Below are positions 9,316 through 20,000 of a DNA stretch of 20,000 bases, one piece after another. The notes beneath the pieces were generated by a model. The model worked only from the letters and a program-made list of their open reading frames with translations, ran no database searches and was not told the origin of the DNA. This stretch comes from Catajapyx aquilonaris (lineage: Eukaryota), in the NCBI GenBank assembly GCA_000934665.2, contig JYFJ02001410.1:61117-81116 (forward strand), read 5' to 3'. Made by a program: the position numbers and the translations under genes. Numbering within the stretch: the stretch's first letter is position 1; every line of letters begins with the position of its first letter.

Positions 9316-12280
9316 CACTACAGTGCAGTGCTTCACTGGTAGGCGAAATATGCATGTATAATTGTGTATGTCATTAAACAGATCAAAAGGAAGGTTCAAA
9401 ATCATTGCGGATCGTGTAATACGTACAAGGTTAATAAATGTTTCGTATTAAGATTGATGACGGAACTGGTAAAATCAAGCAGGAAGATTAAAGGTGTTAT
9501 TCGTAGGGCGAGGCTTGTACAGGCACCTGCTTTATCATTACAGGAGCCTCGAATTAGTCGCGCATGACAAAGCTTCTCTGCCAAGATTCGATTCCAAGCT
9601 CCTTTAAAATTTATAGGCAGCTTTGGACATCGCTTGGAGGATCACTGTGAAATTATGGTAGACGTGGGAGAATCGGAATAAAATTAACTTTTAGCCTCAC
9701 CAATTGAGTTAAGGAAGCGTCTCAATTAATTAGCTGCCGAATTGAGTTAGCGAACGAAAATTTATTCTCTCAGTCGAACAGTAAAAGGGGAGCGACAAAA
9801 TGCGAAAAAAGAACAGCAGGAGGAAGTAGGCGGGGTCTGAGATTTTGAAAGGGTTTCTCACAAAGTATCCCCCCCCCTATCCAATCCTCACGACAAAGAG
9901 GATAAAATATAAGAAACGGGTCCAGAAGTTGGTCATGCTGGGCGCAGGTGGTGTATTCTATCTTATCCCGGGAGGCGCCCGTTGAGATGACCTTAATTGG
10001 AGAAGCAAGGCTCCCCAGCAGATCCTCCGGTCCAAGCGGCACTCTGACTTGGAGTGTTCGCTCGGAAGTTGATGGAGGAAAAGAAGGAACAGTAAACGAA
10101 ACCCGAGCAGCAATATCGGAGTCGTTGGGGAATTTCGAGGGCGGAACAGCTGCTGGCTCTTACCGGTGTCCTTCAGACATGATTGCGCAATATTTCGTCT
10201 TCCCCCCATGCTGCGAACCGACCAAACATATATGTCTGTGTCCTAGGCATTATTCCAAGAATGTAATATTTACTTGAGTGCATCGTTTCACGAGCAATTC
10301 GGCCGGGCTTGAGAGCCGTTATGCTTAAACCTCCCTTGTTACTTGCAATAAACCAGGGCAGAATATGAGGTTTTTTGTTACCTTCTGCGGTTAAGAATAA
10401 GTCACATAATCCATGTCACAACACGTACCTGCCGGCGCACACTCTTCCAATTACCCGGATACGAGGTTTGGAGATGAAAACTTTGCGTCAAGTACGGACT
10501 GCATTATTAAGGAGTTTTATTTTGTCAAAAAACATGCCCCTTAGGAATTCCTCCCGCACAGCTCTGTATAATTCATGAGGAAGCACAACTTGTATTCAGC
10601 CGTTGTTTTGAATCCAACAAACTCATGGATTTTGCAAAGCTGGACACGCATGTGGAAGGCCACTTTTGTTTCAGCCCCGAGAAGATTCGAAGGCACAGAA
10701 AATGGCGATAAAAGAGGCTTAGGTTGCGAGTGGAAATCGCACAACATGAAGACCCTGCAGTCATTGGGATTACGTAGCTCGTTTATTGGTCACATTTGCC
10801 TCCCATTTGACATGTATAAAGCCCCCTTTCCCTCCCACTCATTTCACTCCGCTTGCTTGGCGAAGTAGGTTTCACTGTTACACACGTCACATGTAGATAA
10901 CACAGAGTGGGATTTCAATAAATTCGGCCCTTGTTAGGGATAATCGGGGCTGGCAGGAAATCAATAGCACAGATTTCAAAATGCATTCTGCTGTACCGCA
11001 GGTCATATCCGAGGTCCTTACGTGCTCACTGATTAGCAAAAGTTGATTGGGACATGAATTGGTGCGGAAATTGGGATGCAGGTGCAGTACCTTGCCTTAT
11101 AATGCAGGAGTCACTCTGAATTAATCAGCCTTTATGATGGGGATAAACTAGATCATGCCAATCACTGCTATCTTTGTTGTGTTAATTTTTTTGTAGGTTT
11201 TTATTCTCTGAATGTAAGCAGCCAAAAGGTCAAAGTCGCATGTCGTGTCGCGCCAGTTTTGTAACAAGAATGGTCGCGTCACACTGACGATTTTCTCATT
11301 TGGAGCTGCATAAGGCTGGCCTTGTTTTCCCTGAGGACCCACTCGAGAGACGCGAGTACAAAGAAAATATCGTGAATTACTCCTGCCATAGGAGCCTGTA
11401 TTGCAATCTTGAGAAGCAGTCGAGTAGGGTGCAGCAGTCAGGAGAGATGTCTGCGGAGGAAAGGGTGAGACTTCAGTGACGGAAAGGGCACACGGAGAAC
11501 ATTATGAAAAGCGGTTCTCTCTGACAGTAACAGATTCGTCGGAGAGGAGCTGGGGAAAATGATGCATTCGGATGAAGATGCACATCATAGCGAAGCACAT
11601 CTGCATACTACAGGCTCTACAGCCCGGAGTACCTGCACTCAGCATATTACATATACTTGTTGGCTCGTCAGCGGTGTTTGTGCAACACGTCAGTTACTAG
11701 CAACGTTCCTATAACTTCTGCGGCTCAAATCACGTTAAAACGTAATACTGTAATATACAAACTAACTTCAGTAGGCAAAAAGTCCCCTTACTGCAATTGC
11801 CATCATTACAGAAAGAACTGCTTGAGCTACTCTGTTTTTTTCCATATACAGAACTGTTGAGTAGGACAAATCACCAGCTGCCATCTTCTGAGAGAACTCG
11901 ACCATAATCTCTGTGCGAAGGAGAGAAGCACCGGGTGGAATTGACCCAGGGCTGTTGGTATAAACTTTGCAGGGATCGGGAGAGTTACAGAGAAAAGTAA
12001 ACAGGACGAGAAAAGACGAGCATCCGGCTGCCAAGCTTCTCGCGGGACCATTCCTGTCATATTCCAGCACGGAATCGCTTTCTCCAAATGTTGGCTGCCT
12101 TCTGCCTACTACTAACGTCCCACGAAAAGTGCCTCGGGTTCAATGTGAAACTGAAAACCAACATCCCACACAGACATCTTCAACGGCGTCTGGCACGATT
12201 CTTGGAGAATTTCATTTTGCCCCCCCTTTGTAGGTGGAATGCTGCTTGCTGCATTGCTAATTTGTTTAGCTCTGTCGAAA

Positions 12281-12304
12281 GAGAGAGAGAGAGGGAGAGA
12301 GAGA
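12281..12304. repeat. Interrupted (GA)n microsatellite
   Basis: gagagagagagagggagagagaga, about 12 units with one A>G interruption. Confidence 0.9.
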
Positions 12305-12460
12305 AAGGCTATATACATTTGCGATGTGGAAAATTATGACCTTCCGCAGGGAATATGCTTAAGGACTTGTGCTAGACTCCCTAATTAGACTGTTGAGGAC
12401 CGAGCCATCATTTCTCGATAATGCAAAAATGTTCGCCGTTGAAGTCTGACTTTTCTTTTA

Positions 12461-12730
12461 CAGTATACCTGCACAAAGAAACTTTCTCTCTTCAAACGAG
12501 TCTAGTTTTCGACCGCCAGAAGTAGTCCCGAAAAAAATACAGCAGAAAAACTGTACGCAACATGAAACAGGTTTCTTTTTTTTGATAAATGGTGACTGCG
12601 TGAAAAGTAATTTGGATGCAAAAGTTGATTCTGTTAGATTAAAAATTACGAATTATGCTAAGGCATGTTTTTCAATTGAACGCTTTCTGAAAAGTTTTTG
12701 GCGAAGTTTTTTTTCGTAAAAAAGACACTG
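12461..12730. mobile_element. Possible decayed Tc1/mariner-type MITE
   Basis: Bounded by TA|CAGTA (12459-12465) and CACTG|TA (12726-12732). Inward similarity is weak (CAGTAT...ACAAAGAAACTT versus CAGTGT...ACGAAAAAAAACTT). The interior is rich in A/T runs, as is common in MITEs. TIR identity is poor. Confidence 0.22.
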
Positions 12731-15700
12731 TATCGGCAGTGTGTATAAAATGCACCCAGCAACACTAATCTCTGCTTCGTTTTGATGCGGAAAGTTTTTA
12801 TTATTAGGATTAACATCCTCTAGTGTTCCCGGTATGATGAGAGACGAATTTATACAAGGGTGCACCCTCTCGTCCACGTTATATTAAAACGCATTAGGAA
12901 GTCTACTCCTAGCTAGTTCGTAAGCAGTTTAAAAGCCGATTATGATAAAACAGTTGCGCGGCGCCTTTTGCATTATTGCCCAAAGCCGTGGGATGGGCTT
13001 CCCAAGCTTTTACCTACGCTATACCAAGTTTGTTTACTTTGGCTATAAGTAGGCTGCACACACCATAGATCTCTGGAAACTGCAGGCTGCGTCCTCATCC
13101 GGCATGAAAAGAAGCAACCTCCGAGCTGAAAGCAAGTGAAATGATGTGGTCATACCCGAAATTCTGCAACGCATTTGCAGGGTAAGCCCGGCGGCAAATA
13201 AAATTATTCAGGATGACGGAAAATAAATGGCCGCTCTTCCTCTTAAAACACGCCTGCGAGAAGCATACTTTGTGCACTTGTGCTGGCTTAAAACCTAACG
13301 CAATGTTAATTAGCCATTAAATCAAACATGGGAGTGGAAGGGCAAGCAGGCAAATAATTTTAGAAGAAGTAATAAATTGCACAGAGAGCAAAGACTTGTT
13401 GGTTGACTCTGGATGTTTGGCCTAAAGCTAAGCTCACTATGCATTTCATTATTCAAGATTTCTTACGTATGCCGTTGAAGAATGCGTTAAAAGAATTAAT
13501 TAAAATATGACTGTGTGTCTGTCCAATTTTTGTAACTTTTAAGCTGGAAAGTCTGATGCCAAATGAATAATATTAAAGGAAAAAATCAACAACTTTGGGA
13601 TACAGTACAGTACCTGTTGCCCACTTGGTAATTGCATATTTTTGGACGAACACGCTGCTTTATTCATGCTAAACGAAAGAAACAAAACGAGGCTACCCCA
13701 TGTTAAATTTCGTCCAAACTATTATTTGCGGAGAGTACACTTTTAATTCTGTTGAAATTCCTAATTTGTTAGATTCTCAGTACAGATTACTAGCAATTTT
13801 ATTTCATTCCACCATAGTTTTATTGAACTGTAAGATTATCCTTTATTGCAAGTCTTAATTAAGGGCAATTTTAAGTGCAACAACCCTTAGTTATTATGAT
13901 CGCTGCCGATTCACATTCTAACTAGAGAAGCTTACTTTTGTTTGCGAGTACTGCACCCTGTAATTGCTTCAGCAGTCTTTAAAACAACTGGTAAGCCTTA
14001 GAGCGACGCTGCATTAACCACTGTAAAACCAGGCTCCAGTGTCAGTCTCCGCAGCAAGACGTAAAACTTGTATGGCGGTATTCATTGTCTCTTATAGCGC
14101 TCGTTAAGTCAACTCAGCCATTGATTCTACAGTAGTTGCGACCCAAATGAACCCTCCCTTTCGAGTCAACGAACGCCCTGACATGTCTCCAAAGGAAGAG
14201 CGCCCCTTTTCCATTTGGACTAAGAAGTTCTTCCTCCTTTTTTTTTATTGCCGGCAAGACACTCCGGATTGAAAAATCTCTCGAAGTCCAGGGTCGCGAA
14301 AAGAAGTTTGGAAGGTAGTCAAAAAATTCGGGAGCTCATTTGGCAACACGCACACACCAGGTTGGATTCCTCCTTCCAATTCATTGCGAGCATCAGGTTG
14401 TTCCGCCCTGCTCCCCACGTGCAGTTTACCTCAACTAAAATAACCTGTAGGATCATGAATATAGATCATTAGCTGTCGCGTTGTCATTCAAAATATTGCA
14501 CATCATTTTTTTATTACATTCCATTCAAGTATAGCTCAGGTCTTCCCCTTGCTAACCGGTGTTGATAATCAGGCCTTTTTACAATTTTCGCCCATCCAAT
14601 AACATTATTGTGCAATGAAAGTCGACAGTGCAACCCTGGATCCGAATCGACCCAAAAGATGCTGAATCGGCCAAAAAACTTGGCTAAAAAGAGTCAAGAA
14701 TTAGATGACACACCACTGCCAACTCCCTGACTCAGCAAGTACGTGCACTGAGTCAAATCATGATCAGAATGTACCACAGGAACGATACAATGCAACACGT
14801 TTCAAGGCCAAGGGCATGAGGAGTTACGTGATCTATCAGTGGGGAAGGGTAGGCGTGGCATATACTGTGCGAAGTACATTTCTATGAGATATTCGGGCAC
14901 GCATGCGTCCAAATTCAGATCCGGAAGAAGTACTGGCTCGACCAAAGAGAACCGGGATCGATGCTGATGACGCCTGGTGGCGCCGGCGTGCGAGGACGCG
15001 CGCCAAACTCGTGGGTCCATGCCCGATCCGATGGGAGGTTTTTAGTTGTCCGGAGGAACTAGCCCAAGCTCAGCACCTCTCTTACCAACCCAACCCTCAA
15101 CCAGAACACTCAACACCCCCGAAGGACAGGTAGGGACATACATACACATTTACATAGGGTACACCACACCTGTAAGCTCATTAGTAAAAACTGGTTGTCA
15201 AACCTTTTTACGTGTGAATGCCGGATCGCTTTTTTGATTGATTGTGAATTTGCATTTTTAGCGGGGGCGATATTGGGAACAGTTATTGGAAAAAGCTAAT
15301 AACGGACTTGGCATGAGATGGTCCGATTGTTTATTTGACTGCAGATGGCTCGACATGCGTAAATTGGTGGGGATTTTTTGTTGCATTTTCAACACCGGGT
15401 GTTCTTTGTCATGATCCGGCTGTTTAATCGGGCGTGATTTGTGCAATTATTGTTATTTTAAAATGCTAATCAGCTAACAGTGTGGGTCCCAATTTTTATC
15501 CCAATGATGTTAATTCAAATGGGAATGCATGAGCCAACTGAACGCAAAACGCCACTCTTTTCTACATACATTATTGTACTTATGTGACCCAATTTTTTCG
15601 TGAGATATACAATCGATTCATTTCACTTGTACGGATAACTTCACTTATGTAATACTAGCGAAGGGACAATTTGTTCACAAACTGCATGAAGTATGCTTGC

Positions 15701-18700
15701 TTTATATATTTTGTATGATTTCACTCTAAAACATTCGTAACATACAGTGCAGGCTGTGGTTTTCGCAAATTCCGCTTGTTTATCTGTTGGGTGTATGTTT
15801 CTCCTCCTGGCATTTTGATGGGCAGCTAAATTATTCGTACACTCTGCAGACTCCCGGAGATTGCAGTGCTTGAGTTTTTTTATGAAGTTGCACAAAAATT
15901 GTTGACAAAGAACCACTTACACCGGGTTTTAAAAATTATTTTATATGGTGAACATTTTAGCCTGCATTTACTTGCGTAATGACATTCCGCAATGGAATAA
16001 GCAAATTCGTTTCAAGTGCACTTAGAAAGTGTGGGAACGTTCCATTAACGGCTTTATTAATAATATATTGTGCGAGTAGCTATGGAATCGGTGTACATTA
16101 GCATGTTGCAAAATTGAGTATCGTCCGCCTCCTTTGTTAATACCGTAATTAATTCTGAGAACCTAACCCATGATTATCGAATGCTCTGGAATTAGAATAC
16201 CGTAGGGAACGGGCGATATAATTATGGCACTACCATTGTGTCACTCTGCAGTTACAGTCTAGTGAACCTACTGTATAGCTGGGACGGTGTAATTATATCC
16301 TATATTAGATATCCTCCTTGACCCCAGGGCCGCTCATGCTCTTGGTGCAATGTAGAATTATCCGTTTTGTGTAAGTGAACCTATAAATACACCCGTGAAG
16401 ACTAAGGGGGAAAAAGGCAAGTGCGCCTGAAATGGGGACAACAGCCTTAAAACTTCTGGCAAACAAGAGGAAAAGCAAGGACGATGACTTCTCCATGACA
16501 ACTCTTCTAATCCGCCGAGCCCTTAAGTCTTGCAGTGCTCCGATTCCTTTGTGCCCACCCAGCTTTATCTGTCGTCGCTCTAATGCTACATCACTTGCGT
16601 TCAGCGGTAGCTTTTCGCAGAGAAGAGCGAAATTAGCAAGGAAAGTTTCTGACAAAGAGCTTTAAACATATAGGCTATACACAGAGTGACCCAAAATCGC
16701 CAAAAAATATTTGTCCGGCTGTACGGCCATTTGTTGGCTTATTTTTACCAGTTAGATTGACACATTAAATTTTAATGATTATTAAGGTGCTAATATTAGG
16801 CAGAGCGTAATCTCTGGGTACGTAACGTCATATTAGCAGCTAACACTATTCGCAGTGTATAGATTGCAAATTCAGTCTTTGTGATTTTTCCGTTTGCTAT
16901 CGGAAATAGATGCGTTGCAAATTACTGGCTGCTATCCAGGCTCCATCATGAACCGTGACTCATGGTTGAATCTCAAAATAAACTATCTGGTAAGTAGTAT
17001 ACACACGGTTAAAAGAATACTGTAGTCTTGTGCGGAAGCAATTTCGCGAACTGACGTGAGCCCAAAAGCACTGGATGTGATTCAAATGCCAATCTGGTAA
17101 TTTGTCATCGGTAAAAATTAGCACGGCTCAACGTGAGAATAAGGTCTGTGTTGATCATATATTGGAGGCCAGTGGGTGATAAATATAGGGAGGGAGAAAG
17201 CTTCCAAATATAACCCGGTTGGAATAATCCCTTCATTTGCCGGTTCTGGTGCATAAATCAGTACTTTCCATGTGGCGCAATTCAGATGGTGTAATCAGTA
17301 AAAGATGACTGCGCTTCGCATATAACGTTGCCATAGTTACGAATCAATACCGTCAATCAGTCAAGTTAGAGCACATCAAAATCCGAGTTGGTGACAGATG
17401 GTATGGGATTCATATAGATTAAGACATTATGCTGTCCGTCTAATCACCATTTTACAGGCTTAAAATTAGTCATTAAAATATCGCTTTGTGACATTATTGT
17501 TTTGAGGTGCTGTTACTTGCAGTGCATGCAGTCTGATCTGTGCGGTATAAAAACTGTGTCACACATAAAGATTGACACGTTTATTGTATTTGACGTGTAA
17601 CAAGAGTTATGTGTATATACTGTTGGTTAAAGGTGCAGATAAAAATGGGCGTCACCACCAAGGGTAAAAGCGGGACACCCATCGCGTCTGCTCTTCAAAC
17701 GGGTGTCATGTGTCCATTTCAAGTCGCCAGAATTACAGGCACACGTGGTGTACTGCATTCAACGTCAAGGTTTGACACCACGAGGGTTTACGGAGAGGCG
17801 TTTAAAATTTTGGCGGTGTGATGTGGCACACAACTTTGGTGTCCGTAAATGACATATTGGAGGATGATTTTATTAGTATACAGGATGAGTCAGAGATCGG
17901 CAGGAAAAAATTACTATACCATATAGATAAAGTGAATGAAAGAGTTATTGTCCACCCTGTGTCCAGACCGCAGACGGGCTGCCCTGATTTAGAAAGCAGC
18001 ACATTAAAAATGAATCTCCAATGCAAGAATGGCCAGGTTTCAGTCACGAAATTCCAAGAATCAGTTATTCATGCGATATTTTCTAGATCGACCAGGGAGA
18101 AATTCATTCAACCAAAGGATCATTCAATGGACTATCTCGCTTGATGTTTCTGTACTGCAGACGTCATGAGAAATCCGTACTCTCTTCGGTTGCCAAATTC
18201 GCTGATTTTGCCTGATTGTAGACTGGGGTTATGACCCTTGGCAATATCGGAAAGAAGTCCTGCACTGGGAAGAGAATCCCCACTTTATTACACTGAAACT
18301 TAAAAATGACGCTCTATTTGTATTATATTTTGCATCAAGTATTTTATCTGAATGGTGTCACAATTTTGCGTAGTACCGGTAGCCTAAAGAATATTTAGGG
18401 GTTTGAAGTATAGGCGTGGACTGTTCTTGTATACAGAATTGCCTCTTGGAAGAAATATTATTGGCAATACATTTTTTTGTCTGAAACCTTGTCTGCAAAA
18501 CTATTGTTTAGTCTGACTTATACCAAAGGTGTATAAAGCATTGGGACCGAATTTACTGTGACTGTTGTAGGGCCACTCCCATATTCCCATATTTTACTTA
18601 AGTCTGTATCAAAGACGACTTGATGTAAGCCTGTGACGTCTGGCTATACCAGCATATGGACGTTTGGCCTTGAATTTCTGCAGCAGAAAAATCATACGAC

Positions 18701-20000
18701 GTTAGACCTAACATATCTTTATATAATTCGATTGTGATTTTAAATTAATATTTATCTTGTCAGCCTGAGCACTCAACACACATTTGAAATTGCCCTGAGG
18801 TGGTCTGCCCAAGTTTACCTCCACCTCTTTCTGTGACTTGCTGTGCAGAATCCGTGATTAGAGCCTGCAGTTGAAGCATGGTGCAAAGGTCGACCTGAAT
18901 ACACAATGTCTTTAATTCCACCTTTGCAAGAAAAGGCCAGCGGTGTTTAATTAAGTGATGTGGTCGCCCACGGTATTGGATTATCTTCCTCACTCCAGTT
19001 CGTACAGTTAAGTGAAGCGCTAGAAAATTACACGGTGTTATATAAATGCGGAAACCGTGCTTCATTCCAGGAAGGTAGTAGATGCCACCATGGTCACAGC
19101 TCGGCAAAGTATTTGGCAAAATAAAATTCTGCAAAATCCCCAGTTGATGCAGCCACTTTCCAAGGAAAGTACTAGTAATCCATACGCTGTGAATGATATG
19201 TAGTGGATCAATCATATGTTGGGGGAACTCAGCAAGGACCACGGTTATTTGTTGGTGTGTCAGTCACAATCCACATGAATTACTCACAGCGATATGACAG
19301 CCAACTTTCACATGACCGATGTGCAGCCAGGAAAAAAAACCCTAGAGAAATTATACATCACCACGATCGCAATATTCTGTCTGCATGCGATAAAAACCAG
19401 CTGAGGCGGTCCGATGGACAAGGGCACACATTAGTTAGGGAAAGGTCGTAATTGACGCAGCAACCCAGCAGCGGATTTGTGAGAAATCCATAGGGAACTG
19501 GTACCATAATCTTGCTTTCACATGAAAAGAGCATCTATTATTGACTGGGGAGACTATAATTTGACAATTTCAGTGAGACTCGTGGCATCCTCCCGATGTA
19601 ATAATTACGCAGGTCGATCCGTCATTTCAGCCCAGAAGAGTATTAATCATGACGGTCATAAAAGCCCATCAAGGCTTACCAGGCATTGTTTCTATCAATA
19701 AAGGGAATATGTTATTAGACCCTCCGTAGGGAGTAAACGTTTACCTGCTCTAGGGGTACGTGCAGAGAACGGACGTCAATTACAGCCATTGATGCAGACA
19801 ATGTTTCTTTGTAGCTTTCGCGATGTGAATCGACCAGTGTCTCACTTCAAGACTCTTGTCATTTGCTCTTGTTCATGTTCATTGATATTCATTGCTTTTC
19901 CTGCGACGCACAGTGGGCGCGGAGCCCTGTTTAGGACGACATAAATGAAAATGCTATCAAATCGGACACATTTTCCAATTTTGAGGATTGTAAAGGATAG

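Noticed and set aside
16682..16700. Tc1/mariner-like TIR start CAGAGTGACCCAAAA
   Set aside because: It is preceded by CA rather than TA, and I found no convincing partner TIR.
1..20000. CRISPR array, prokaryotic operon/defence system, rRNA or Helitron end
   Set aside because: I saw no regularly spaced direct repeats, dense ORF packing or rRNA motifs, and the CTAG sites I checked lack the upstream GC-rich hairpin. The DNA is eukaryotic, with a spliceosomal intron.

Overview
This is AT-rich eukaryotic DNA, probably from an invertebrate (arthropod-like), and mostly non-coding. I found no prokaryotic operon, CRISPR array, rRNA or intact tRNA. The one well-supported gene is a compact two-exon minus-strand class A GPCR of the myosuppressin-receptor/DMSR family (exon 1 6501-6172, 77-nt GT-AG intron, exon 2 6094-5408, 338 aa). 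It keeps the family's intracellular signalling motifs but differs at several normally conserved TM and extracellular positions. Downstream of its stop codon are a probable short hAT-like MITE and a clear 873-bp non-autonomous DNA transposon with CACTATG termini, ~130-bp TIRs and a TTA target-site duplication (Chapaev3/CACTA-type). The window also holds a tRNA-derived SINE (~9123-9315), short microsatellites, and an apparent excess of TACAGTA/TACTGTA words resembling Tc1/mariner excision footprints. The sequence alone does not demonstrate a new biological system. The best lead is the divergent DMSR-like receptor, possibly a member of a neofunctionalised lineage-specific expansion.
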